From Tortispora ganteri (taxonomy: Eukaryota): 64,000 nt of DNA. The stretch covers positions 124,001-188,000 of the forward strand of contig PPNB01000004.1 in NCBI GenBank assembly GCA_003707115.1, given 5' to 3'. Position numbers and translations under genes: made by a program. Under the pieces are notes generated by a model that saw nothing but the letters and a program-made list of their open reading frames with translations, had not been told where the DNA came from and made no database searches. How positions within the stretch are numbered: position 1 is the stretch's first letter; every line of letters begins with the position of its first letter. This document shows, in pieces, positions 1 to 10,161 of this stretch.

Positions 1-970
1 TTTCCAGCAGACGCGTTATGGTATTTTTCTCGGGTAGAGACAGTTTTCGACGAATATTGTCGCCGAGTTTACCGCCAAATCCACGTATATCTGTGAACTC
101 AAAATTATGTATGAGAAAGTCTTTCACAAAGGCTGGTAAAACTACTGTCTGACTGTTCGGTTTTTTGTAAGTACTAGCTAGCTTGGATATAGATTTGGTA
201 ACTGAGATTCCTGCAGAGCACGTATAAGACAACTCTTCATAGACCTTCCTGCGGATCTCACTAACAATCTTAGAAGTAACTAACACCAATATGTCATCCC
301 AGTCGAGAGACACTTCTTCGTCAAGGGATTCAATCCCATATACTTCAACGTTTTCTCTGATCCATTCAGGGTTGATCTTACGGGACGGAAGTGGCAAATG
401 TTTTGATAGTACGCTTTGATCCACAGGAGCAGAAAAAATTTCAGGAAACTGCGCAATGATAACCTCAACTGCTTTGCCAGAGACGTCTAGAAACGATTCG
501 TCAATGCTGGCTTTCTCAATAACATCGGTGAACTGTTTAAATATCGACATTATCTTACGAGATTCACGTCGATATGGGTCTAAACATGCCTTGTAATGGT
601 TACGATCTGGGTTGGCGTGATAAGCCCAAGATTCTTCGCCCTCTTTGAAGCATGCGACGTGAGCGAGAACAATACTAGGGCATATCTCTTTACACTGTTG
701 CGCACTCAAATGACGCGTGATCCCATAGTCGCGTGCCGGATAGTTGACAGCAATTACATTTGCCCATTGTTGGCACGCTAATGGTGCTGATGGCGGTAAT
801 TTTAAACGTACCGATTCACATTGGGCATAGAAAGCATCTAGATCAATGTGAACAACGGCTTGCAGAGTTTGTGATGAAGTTGATTTGACTGCATTCTTTG
901 CCTCATCAGAGTTTGAGCTTCTAAGGCGCAAGATATCCCCATATGTAAATTTTGAAAGTCCATAAGACAT
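1..970 (-). CDS. RAD30: DNA polymerase eta (Y-family), 5' part; gene runs off the left edge
   Basis: Absent from the ORF track. Manual translation from ATG 970 gives MSYGLSKFTYGDILRL...VVHIDLDAFYAQCE...LACQQWANVIAVNYPARDYGI...LDPYRRESRKI...IEKASIDESFLD...YTCSAGI...KKPNSQT...IRGFGGKLG, the pol eta catalytic motifs. The frame is open to position 1. Confidence 0.95.
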   Translation of the reverse strand, partial: MSYGLSKFTYGDILRLRSSNSDEAKNAVKSTSSQTLQAVVHIDLDAFYAQCESVRLKLPPSAPLACQQWANVIAVNYPARDYGITRHLSAQQCKEICPSIVLAHVACFKEGEESWAYHANPDRNHYKACLDPYRRESRKIMSIFKQFTDVIEKASIDESFLDVSGKAVEVIIAQFPEIFSAPVDQSVLSKHLPLPSRKINPEWIRENVEVYGIESLDEEVSLDWDDILVLVTSKIVSEIRRKVYEELSYTCSAGISVTKSISKLASTYKKPNSQTVVLPAFVKDFLIHNFEFTDIRGFGGKLGDNIRRKLSLPEKNTITRLLE

Positions 971-1159
971 GAAAATAAAATCTCGCTATAATAATCCGCG
1001 TGATATCTACAGTTAGATAACAGTGCCTTGTTTTCCAGCGTTCGTATACATATATTAAGATGTAATAAGATTTGTACCTCTATTGGTCCACATTTGTTAC
1101 CCTGCATCACCTCTTACTGTCAGTATATAACGCACACACAAGAATACCCCCTTCGTTAC

Positions 1160-1540
1160 AAGGATAAGTACGGTAGTCTCCAGGGCCGATAAAATTAGTC
1201 CGGGTTCTACTGAACCTTTTGGACCATCTAGTCAATAAGTTTATTATGGTCCAAGTGTGCCTGCGAACAAGCCCTGGGGCGCGCTGGCACCACTTTCTCC
1301 ACTCAACCAAGATTGGCGAGGTCCTTCAGAACGCCGACAGACACGAACATCGGCGTATAAACCGTACAGAAATACACAAGCCACATATATCTACATGAGA
1401 TTGTGTTTACGACCTAATACAGGTTTAGTTTCTTTGATTTTGATCCCGCCAAAGTCCAGTTCTTTTACACTTTGGTGATCCGCTGACCAACGACATGGAA
1501 GCCGACGTGAAAGCGTCTGATTTCGATACAGACTGCAAAA
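1160..1540 (+). ncRNA. Candidate structured non-coding RNA, family unidentified
   Basis: TATATAA at 1124-1130 followed by about eight nested or serial stems whose G-U pairs all favour the + strand (see findings). No convincing ORF. Boundaries are approximate. Confidence 0.45.
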
Positions 1541-3178
1541 TATATGTATAGAGGCAAGATATCTGTTATGATTCAGAACAATCTACTAATCAATGACGTT
1601 CGCGTAGTGGATACAGATACAAAGCTAGGCGCAACGAATGGACCTTAAAACACCGATCTCGCTCATTTTTTATATAACGAGAAGAGACACGGCCATAAGG
1701 TCGTTGACACGTTTTTAAGTAATTACTGCATATAGGTGGAAATCATTGATGTTATATTACTGTTAATTGGTCTGCACATTATATTTTCTATTTCTACGTA
1801 CGACATAGGATGCAAGTTACGCCACTTATAGCACTCAGAAAGATTTCAAAATAACTATACTGAAATCTGCATATATTTCTGCGATTAGTATTTATTTACT
1901 ATCCAATAGCGTACTTCAATATAGAAATAGATATGACATATGTCTGCATATGTATTAAGGTTTCGGATAATTTCGATAGATTAAAGCGAAAGCTTTCGCT
2001 TACGCAATAGGAACACCGTTCAAAAATAGCCAATGAATTACTATCGCTTAAACTTAACGAAATTTTCACTCCACATTATGAATTATTAAGGCCCCAATAA
2101 ATCGAGTTAGGGCTGCATCATTTTTTTAGGATACAAAATTTGTCTATATTGACTAATTCGAGGCTTTTAATGTAAAGACAAGGTGCATCACGTTACATTT
2201 TCAGCCAATAGGGGAAATTATACAGAAGCCTTATTCACGCTATGCGGGCTAGTCTTTCTGTTCAGAGACGGATTGAACAGTCTCCGAAGAGGTAGGAAAG
2301 GGTGAAGAGAGCGGAATGTTCTGTGGTATCTCCATTTTAATACTGTCAATCAGTTATCAAAGGATATCATCTCAATTATAAGGAAAATATTTATCGAACT
2401 GGATCCAAAAAGAAGCGTGCTTCATCCGTGGATAGGTAAATACACTGAGTTGGCATAACAACTTGCATTACTAGCGTTAGCACAAAATGTTTTAGGTGCT
2501 ATGACCTAACTAAGGCGGTGGGATGCAGACCAAAAACATATAAGACACTGGCATGCATGAAAAATGGTGGTGCATAGAGTGCGACTATAAAAATGAGAGG
2601 GGAAAATCAAAGGACGCAGAAATGAGCGAGATTGAAAGGTTGTATATGCAAACAAATAAAAGTTCTAGACGGTCTGGACTGTAAAGCCAACGATGGAACA
2701 AAAAACTGAGAGATTATGATTACCGTCACATGGCTTATTAGCTACTTTGTAGGCCAATTAAAAGCATTGAAAAAATATGCTATCTTATCTCTATATAGCA
2801 GCAGAAAGAAAAACCATGAGTGGGGTATATCTATATGAAATCAGGACAACAAAATGTCCACTAGCTTAGAAAATCACATGCGAACTTTAAATGATAAGGT
2901 TTGAGATGGATTCTTATATTATTTACCTTTCTTCCATCTTTGCCTGATATATAGGCACGCAATCGCGATACAACACTGACACTAGTCCAATACGAACGGA
3001 TACTTCTTCAAGGCTAGTGTAACCAACCTTACAGATTTAGAGGCGTAATAGTAGCTATACATTCAAGTTATAGGTCACTGCGCTCTGTGGCCAAGCCTTC
3101 TTTGCCTACCCTTCCCGAGATTTTACCCCGCGCTAGAACTGAACAGAGAACCAACCTAATACATCAGATTTTCCTTTA

Positions 3179-4597
3179 ATGTCTTCAATAACAGAGGCTA
3201 AATCGAGTTCTGGCAGGTCGGTAGGTTCTTCTTTAATGTCCAATGTGAGAAACCGAATTCACTATTCCGTGAAGGCGCCAAAAACTGATCATTCGAAACG
3301 ATCCTTGCAAGGTCATATTAGACCTGTACACCAGAATGTTAACGTCAGCATTTTATCTAAAGCTGCTTCTACAAATTCTCGCTTAGATTTACATGGATTC
3401 CGAAATCTAGCATATATTATGCTAATATGCAGCAATTTGCGCTTGCTAGTAGAGAACTATTTAAATCATGGCTTCTCTATTCCCATACAGTCCTTAGGCA
3501 TACCACCAGAAGACATAAGAATAGGGGTATATTGCACGCTACTAATTCCTTGTCATCTTTTACTTGCTAATATTATTGAAAGAATAGCAATAAAGACTCT
3601 AAAAGACAAAAAGAATACCTCTTCATATGATTTATGGACTCAATTTGCCGCTTTGCATGCTATCAATGAGTTTGCATGCTTGGCAATTACAACTTTAATC
3701 GTTCAATTTTACGTCTACCATCCGTTAGTCGGCACAATATTATTGGTTCATTCGGTCATTCTATGTCTTAAAGTAACCTCTTACGCGTTAGCAAACAGAG
3801 AACTGCGTACTGCTTATCTGAATAAGTTACCTGTCCCTGAACTCTACAAATCTCATCCTTACCCTAGCAATCTTGCTTTCTCTAATTTGGCCTACTTTTG
3901 GTGGGCACCCACACTGGTATATCAGCCTGTTTATCCGAGGTCTCCAAATATCAGAATGACGTTTGTTTTAAGATGCATGACAGAGATCTGTGTTTTAAGT
4001 TTTGGAATTTGGTTCTTGTCTGCGCAATATGCTACCCCGATTTTAAAAAGCAGCATTCCTTTATTGAATACCCGAGAGTATGCATTAGTATTTGAACGCT
4101 TGTTGAAACTTGCAACTGTAAGTATTATTATCTGGTTGATGGGATTTGTTGTCGTTTTTCAATCCATGCTCAATTTACTTGCTGAAATAATGCGGTTTGG
4201 TGATAGGGAGTTCTATAAAGACTGGTGGAACTCCGGCTCTGTTTCGACTTATTGGCGTCTATGGAATAGACCTATGAACACGTTCTTCCGGCGACATATC
4301 TATTTTCCTCTAATGAAAAGAGGATACGGAGCTACTTCGTCGTCTGTCATTGTTTTTACAGTTTCTGCTGTATTACACGAACTAGTGGTTGGAATTGCTA
4401 CACATAACTTAATAGGAGTGGCATTTATTTCTATGATGCTGCAAATACCGCTTTCTTTGGCTACTGCTCCGTTGGAACAGATGCGCGGCCCAGGAACAAC
4501 GATTGGAAATTGCATATTTTGGCTGAGCTTTTTCCTGGGACAACCTCTCAATATTCTTTTGTACTATTTCGCATGGAATGTTAGATATCAGAGGTAA
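3179..4597 (+). CDS. DGA2: DGAT1-type acyl-CoA:diacylglycerol acyltransferase (MBOAT family)
   Basis: 472-aa multi-TM protein with GFRNL, APTLVYQPVYPRS, FGDREFYKDWWNS, WNRP and catalytic HE motifs. Resembles DGAT1/Yarrowia Dga2 more than Are1/2. Confidence 0.85.
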   Translation: MSSITEAKSSSGRSVGSSLMSNVRNRIHYSVKAPKTDHSKRSLQGHIRPVHQNVNVSILSKAASTNSRLDLHGFRNLAYIMLICSNLRLLVENYLNHGFSIPIQSLGIPPEDIRIGVYCTLLIPCHLLLANIIERIAIKTLKDKKNTSSYDLWTQFAALHAINEFACLAITTLIVQFYVYHPLVGTILLVHSVILCLKVTSYALANRELRTAYLNKLPVPELYKSHPYPSNLAFSNLAYFWWAPTLVYQPVYPRSPNIRMTFVLRCMTEICVLSFGIWFLSAQYATPILKSSIPLLNTREYALVFERLLKLATVSIIIWLMGFVVVFQSMLNLLAEIMRFGDREFYKDWWNSGSVSTYWRLWNRPMNTFFRRHIYFPLMKRGYGATSSSVIVFTVSAVLHELVVGIATHNLIGVAFISMMLQIPLSLATAPLEQMRGPGTTIGNCIFWLSFFLGQPLNILLYYFAWNVRYQR

Positions 4598-4828
4598 TGC
4601 TTCTCTTGAAGGAAGTGAATATATCTGAAGTTTGAGTCCAGTTTGGGATGCATTTAATTTCTGGAAGCAGATAACGAAACACGTGCAAAGAAACCTTTTA
4701 AGGAAAGAGAAAAGAGAGAAGAGTCTATGCGATTAGGCAAGGAGGAAGTTTGATATAGTGTAATTTGGAATAGAGTAAGATGATTTGACTTTTTGCATTC
4801 CTCGAAACATGTTTTCGTAGCGCGTGAA

Positions 4829-5857
4829 TCAGTAGTACAAGGGAGGGACTGTGTTTCTCGACCTCTTCTTGTATGCCCTATAGAAAGTAAAAGCGAAGTA
4901 TAAAGTTGCGCCTATCAATGCAATAGCTGCGAGACGCTTAATACAAGTGAATAGAAAACTTATAATAGACACAAAGAGAAGATCTGAAGAATTTTTGTCA
5001 TGCATCTTCTGGCGAGATTTGGATTTAGAAGGACGCTGCTCGCTGTTTTGGTTTCGGTTGTGTGAAAGCGCTTCTACATCCACCAAATTTGGCACAGGGC
5101 CATTTTTCTCAGGGAATATTTGGACTTTAACCGAAAGTAGATCATGAGTTTCAGTTAATTGACCTGTAGAAGCAGAGAAACCGAGATACGGTTTCGGTGG
5201 TAACTTCACATTAGGTATGGTGAAGCAGTTAAAATAACCGTCAGAACCGTAGTGCTTTATATCTAAAGATAGGAATTGATCCTTGACATACACTATACGC
5301 GCATATGAAGATTCCCTTCCACTAATCAATCCTTTTACTGAACAAGAGGCGAGTTGGTTTGCGGCCCCATCATGGTCGTTATCGTAAGAAGTGTGGCCAT
5401 CGCCCAGCATTGCCATCACTAGCGGGAACTGAACACCAGGTCTATTGTTCTTGTAGGTATCGAAAAAAATGCCCAAGCCATTAAACTTGTCCGAAGATCC
5501 AAATACAGGGCCGCTGAAACCAGGCGATTCGGTGAGCCAAATAGCAAACCCGTCACCGTGAAGGATGCCATCACCAAAAATGGAGAATTCGACATCAATT
5601 ATGTAAGCGTCAGAGAATATAGGCACGCGCGAGAATATCCAACCCGATTGACCAGGTCGATTTGTAGTTAAGCGTATGTACTTATCCGCTCGAATGAGAG
5701 TGTTTCCGCCGAATTCGAACCATCGCGAAAGTAGTCTATCTTGAAACATTGAAGGGGATAAAGAGTGTGAAGATAGTGGGACGAAGCCCAAATCAGAAGG
5801 AATTTCTATTGCGTAAATTATAGTGGCATACAATAGAATAAATAGAGACAGCAACAT
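4829..5857 (-). CDS. L-type (legume-like) lectin cargo receptor, VIP36/ERGIC-53/Emp46-47 family
   Basis: Signal peptide, GDGFAIW, GPVFG, GLGIFFDTYKN, YLGFSASTG, C-terminal TM and a tail ending in YY. Confidence 0.88.
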   Translation of the reverse strand: MLLSLFILLYATIIYAIEIPSDLGFVPLSSHSLSPSMFQDRLLSRWFEFGGNTLIRADKYIRLTTNRPGQSGWIFSRVPIFSDAYIIDVEFSIFGDGILHGDGFAIWLTESPGFSGPVFGSSDKFNGLGIFFDTYKNNRPGVQFPLVMAMLGDGHTSYDNDHDGAANQLASCSVKGLISGRESSYARIVYVKDQFLSLDIKHYGSDGYFNCFTIPNVKLPPKPYLGFSASTGQLTETHDLLSVKVQIFPEKNGPVPNLVDVEALSHNRNQNSEQRPSKSKSRQKMHDKNSSDLLFVSIISFLFTCIKRLAAIALIGATLYFAFTFYRAYKKRSRNTVPPLYY

Positions 5858-6009
5858 TATAATTGCGGAAGAAAGCGTGAAACCTGAAGTAGGCTAATAG
5901 TATGAATAGGTTAAAAAGCGAAGAAGAGTAGGTGGGTGGTTTGGGAGAGTGTGTATACAATGGGTGTGGTGGTACTCTTTCTAATATATCATCATCATAT
6001 CACACTTAA

Positions 6010-6608
6010 TCAAAATTTAAAAGACCATAAAGGGTCGCCAAGGTAAGTTAACAGTTCGACGCCATGCCCTTTCTTTGAAGTTTTAATTTCATCGGTCGAC
6101 ATTAGAAGCTTACCAATTGCCAAGGCAGAATTCTTATTCTCAGCGTTCACAATAACAGTGTGTCCTTTTTCCATATTCTGTTCAGGTAAGTGGCCGCCCT
6201 TAGAATTTAACCCAGGGCACATTATATTAGCACCACCAAGCACGAACTTGATAGCGCCTCTATCAACTCTTACCGTCGGAAAACATTCTGGATACTTGTG
6301 TACTAGTTTCAAGCTCGGTATTAACCCGTCATTATAGTGTTCAAAAAATATAATCTCATCATTCAATGTATATAGCGTAATTTTGTCTTCGCATTTGACC
6401 AATTCAACTTGTGATTTCTTGGGTATAATAAAATCGATAACTGGCTCCAATTTAGGGAACAAGTCAACTGCCCTTGTTTTTAAGCCTCTCTGCACAGAGG
6501 ATTTCAATTTAGTTCTCCCATGAATATCAGCTTCTGTAAATCTATAAATACGTTAGTCTGCGATAGTTCCAGGAATTTTGCGGATTTCTTTACTCACTTT
6601 TTGAACAT
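6010..6608 (-). CDS. TMA20: Translation machinery-associated protein 20 (MCT-1, PUA domain); spliced join(6608..6598, 6541..6010), 180 aa
   Basis: Exon 1 ATGTTCAAAAA, then a 56-nt intron GTGAGT...GACTAAC...TATAG (6597-6542), restores MFKKFTEADIHGRTKLKSSVQR. PUA motif VDRGAIKFVLGGANIMCPGL. Confidence 0.93.
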
Positions 6609-6692
6609 TGTCGAAATCTAAGTTGCGACTTGCACACGCACACCTTTTACACCTTTCCTTTCACTCCACACATTAATTCCAATTTTTCGAAA

Positions 6693-8264
6693 ATGCAGGC
6701 CAGTCAACCACCAAAAAAACTACAGCCGAGAAGAGTGATCGATTACAAAAATTCTCTTCATAAATGGAGTGATCGCTTAAGGATTGGTAAACCCATGTCA
6801 TCTGGCTTGAATATCAGGCCCGATGCAGCTTACGTTATAGATTTACTGGCACCAGCAGCCTACAAAAGACACGACATTGTAAATACACCATCCAAGTTTG
6901 TTCATCTGAGTATGAATAAGGTTAAGCAAGCTGTTACTTCTTTAGCATGGACTCCAGATGGACGTCGCCTTGTGTCTGCTAACCAAGCTGGTGAATTCAC
7001 TTTATGGCACGGATTTGCTTTCAATTTCGAAACTATTATGCAAGCCCACGACTCAGCTATCCGTGCCACTGTCTATTCGCACAACCAAGACTGGCTGATA
7101 TCTGCAGATGTAGATGGTGTTATAAAGTATTGGCAGCCCAATTTTAATAATGTCAAGGTAATCTCAGACGGTCACACAGAAGCTATCAACCAGTTGGCTT
7201 TTTCTCCCCAGGATTCACGCTTTGTTTCATGTTCGGATGACCATAATATTAAAATTTGGAACTTCACTCAGGGAGTCGAAGAACAAGCATTGACCGGACA
7301 TGGATGGGATGTCAAATGTGCCGACTGGCATCCTTCAAAAGGCCTCATTGTTTCTGGTTCAAAAGACAACCTTGTAAAGCTCTGGGATCCACGAGCTCCT
7401 GCTTCTTGTATTGCTACTCTTCACTTACATAAAGGTACTGTTAATTGTGCACAGTTTCAACCTACTCGTGGCGACCTCCTTGCAACGGCTGGTCGTGACC
7501 ACTCAGCGAGAATTTTCGATATTAGAGCCATGAAAGAATTATACCATCTTCGTGGCAACGAAAAAGATATAATGTCTTTGACATGGCATCCAGTAAATAC
7601 GCAGGTATTGTCTACGGGTTCATATGAAGGTCGTATATGTCATTACAATCTGGATTCGTATCAGCCAATGGCGGAACAAGGTAACACATTGCTACCCTAC
7701 CATGTTGTTCCCTATGGGCACGATTCAGCAATTCTCTGCATGCAATATCACCCTATAGGCCATGTTTTCAGCACTGGATCGCATGATAGGTTTATTCGTT
7801 TCTGGATCCGCGGGAGACCTGCTGACCCAGTAGCATTCAAGGACAGATACTATCTTGGCCAAGAAGAAGCTGATCGTCTCGGATACCAAGGCAATGGGGT
7901 AAACACGCCATTAGTACCAACTAATAATGCCTCAAATATGATGGTAAACGGCGGTCAATATACAAATGATATGGATGATGACGAATATATGGCGGATGCA
8001 ATTGAAGACCAAGACGCAGAAGTTAATGGAACCGTCCCATCATTGAATTCGAATCAATCACAGAAAAATGATACATCGGCTGTTATGCAAAACCCGTTTT
8101 TTATTCCCGGGTTATCTACGTCCTTCAGTTCGGATGTCAGTGTTCCTGGGTTGTCGAGCTTTCCTAACGATACCTCTGCAGCTGCATTAGCCCAAGATCA
8201 ACTTGATCCTAATGCTTTCATGCAAATGTTCCAAATGTTGCAACAACAGCAAGCACAACAATAA
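6693..8264 (+). CDS. PFS2: Polyadenylation factor subunit, WD40 repeat (WDR33 homologue)
   Basis: WTPDGRRLV, GEFTLW, FNFETIMQAHD, GHGWDVKCADWHPSKGLIVSGSKDNLVKLWDPR. First ATG is 6693; the track start is TTG. Confidence 0.93.
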   Translation: MQASQPPKKLQPRRVIDYKNSLHKWSDRLRIGKPMSSGLNIRPDAAYVIDLLAPAAYKRHDIVNTPSKFVHLSMNKVKQAVTSLAWTPDGRRLVSANQAGEFTLWHGFAFNFETIMQAHDSAIRATVYSHNQDWLISADVDGVIKYWQPNFNNVKVISDGHTEAINQLAFSPQDSRFVSCSDDHNIKIWNFTQGVEEQALTGHGWDVKCADWHPSKGLIVSGSKDNLVKLWDPRAPASCIATLHLHKGTVNCAQFQPTRGDLLATAGRDHSARIFDIRAMKELYHLRGNEKDIMSLTWHPVNTQVLSTGSYEGRICHYNLDSYQPMAEQGNTLLPYHVVPYGHDSAILCMQYHPIGHVFSTGSHDRFIRFWIRGRPADPVAFKDRYYLGQEEADRLGYQGNGVNTPLVPTNNASNMMVNGGQYTNDMDDDEYMADAIEDQDAEVNGTVPSLNSNQSQKNDTSAVMQNPFFIPGLSTSFSSDVSVPGLSSFPNDTSAAALAQDQLDPNAFMQMFQMLQQQQAQQ

Positions 8265-8546
8265 TAGAGCTGATTTTTGATATTATATGACACCACTACA
8301 TTTTATGACTCCAGCTTTATCACATTGCACCAGACTATGTCCAAGTTGATTATTCTGATACTTTGTCATTCAAGACTGATTCAGAGCCTCCTTCCTTGTA
8401 ATTGTGATTATAAAGTAGTATATTATTCTGAATGTTGAGCGTTTATGAGTATAGAATGCAATTTGAACTTCCTTTCACAACACCCTTAAGCAATTGAGAA
8501 CCGATCGACGTTATAGCGTTATAAGAAACCTGTACATTAACCAATG

Positions 8547-8648
8547 GTCCCTCTTTTGGGACATATGGTCAATTTGAAACGATACAGAGAAGATTAGCAT
8601 GGCCCCTGCATAAGGATGACACGCTTTACAAAGAGATTTAACGTTTTT
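8547..8648 (+). ncRNA. SNR6: U6 spliceosomal snRNA (intronless)
   Basis: 5' hairpin GTCCC-tctttt-GGGAC, ACAGAGA box, AGC triad and ISL (GATACAGAGAAGATTAGCATGGCCCCTGCATAAGGATGACACGC), 3' TTTACAAAGAGATTTA, then a T-run. Confidence 0.97.
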
Positions 8649-8653
8649 TTTTT
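8644..8653 (+). terminator. Pol III terminator (T10) of U6
   Basis: Run of 10 T immediately after the U6 3' end. Confidence 0.85.
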
Positions 8654-8758
8654 ATTTTAAAGCGTAATAGATTAGTTTCCGATGAAGGCCAGCAGCAGAT
8701 AAATAAGTGAAATATCGGGCGTTGCTGCTACTAAATCACATATTAAAGCTCTGACGGA

Positions 8759-8768
8759 GGATTCGAAC
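8759..8768 (-). promoter_or_regulatory. Downstream extragenic Pol III B-box for U6
   Basis: GTTCGAATCC on the minus strand about 110 bp past the U6 terminator, with no tRNA cloverleaf around it. Intragenic A-box TGGTCAATTTG at 8566-8576 and TATA-like TTATAA at 8519-8524. Confidence 0.65.
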
Positions 8769-8962
8769 ACAGCGAAATTAGGACTGACCAATAAGGAACA
8801 ACGTATTTCGTTGCTAAGTAATCTGACCACTCAGAGGATCAAGATTGGGTACCAGAACACCGGACACAAAACCACCAGACTCTATACTTTTTTCAACTCA
8901 CCGTGAAAGGCTTTGTGCTAGTAAGAGTAGCTGTACATTCAATTCACGCTTAAAGATTCATA

Positions 8963-9978
8963 ATGCTCGGAAGAAGTGGAGCTTTTCGAGCCTATAAGCG
9001 CGGTTTGAACCAAATAGTAAGTAAAACCATTGTTCCCCGAAGATTTCTGTACTGCTTGTTCGAAATCCGCTATTCGCTGTATTGCTGGTTATACTAACAA
9101 CACTCCTTAAGAAACGCGGAATCTCTACCGTTTCAGAATCAAGTCGCCCGTCTACTTTATATGCAGTCGGAGTTTCTGCAGGAGCTTTAGGCCTTGCTGG
9201 ATGGTATTACCATATGTTTGTTAGCCCGGCACAAGCTATGACCATGGCCGAGCACGGCCTTCATCCGCCCAAATGGCCCTGGTATCATGATGGAATGCTA
9301 CACACTTTTGACCATGCTAGTCTTCGTCGTGGTTTTCAAGTATACAAGGAAGTTTGCTCACAATGCCATTCTCTTTCTAGAATCGCTTGGCGAAGCTTGG
9401 TCGGTGTAACCCATACTGCAAACGAAGCCCGCGAAATGGCTGAAGAATTCGAGTACGACGACGAGCCTAATGACGAAGGTATAATCGAAAAGCGTCCCGG
9501 TAAGCTTGCCGATTATATTCCTGCTCCTTACCCTAACGAAGAAGCCGCTCGAGCTGGTAATCAGGGTGCCTTCCCTCCTGATTTATCTTTGATTATCAAA
9601 GCTCGTCACGGCCACGCCGACTACATATTTTCCCTTCTTACCGGTTATCCCGATGAACCCCCTGCTGGTGTTTCTCTTGGAGCTGGTATGAACTATAACC
9701 CGTATTTTCCTGGCGGTGCCATCGGTATGGCTCGTGTACTGTTCGATGGTCTTGTAGAGTATGACGACGGAACTCCGGCTACTACTTCGCAAATGGCTAA
9801 GGATGTTACCACTTTCCTAAACTGGACTTCCGAACCTGAGCATGATGAGCGTAAGCGTGCAGGTTTACGTTACTTGATCATTGTCGCTTCTCTTTACGCT
9901 GTTTCCCTTTGGATCAAGCGCTTTAAGTGGACCCCTATGAAGACCAGAAAGATTGTCTATACTCCTCCTAAGAAATAA
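8963..9978 (+). CDS. CYT1: Cytochrome c1; spliced join(8963..9016, 9112..9978), 306 aa
   Basis: CSQCH heme motif, RRGFQVYKEVC, YNPYFPGGAIGM. A 95-nt intron GTAAGT...TACTAAC...TAAG adds the presequence MLGRSGAFRAYKRGLNQI. Confidence 0.95.
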
Positions 9979-10161
9979 AGGATAAGCAATCATATTCATA
10001 TTTTTTAGGTCCCTAAATGCCACCTCATTATTACCGACCTTAGGGTTCCTTTTTGGCATCTTTTACACACCCACCAGTATTAGATTAAAAGAGTCCTTCC
10101 TACAAATAAAACGCTATTCCTAAAGTCAAGTATATAACATTGCATTATATCAGTGTAGCTT

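Noticed and set aside
1195..1206. TTAGTCCGGGTT resembling a Yarrowia-type telomeric repeat or a minus-strand telomerase template
   Set aside because: Only 2 nt of terminal redundancy, too little room before RAD30 for a minus-strand telomerase RNA, and the wobble pairs favour the + strand.
280..1478. Short ORFs at 280-468, 596-781, 838-1110, 1107-1310 and 1257-1478
   Set aside because: They overlap RAD30 in other frames or the structured non-coding region, and show no recognisable protein features.
2258..2285. CTGTTCA-GAGAC-GGAT-TGAACA-GTCTC, possible pseudoknot or group I intron R element
   Set aside because: Zero-length loops make the pseudoknot sterically implausible, and no other group I core elements are seen.
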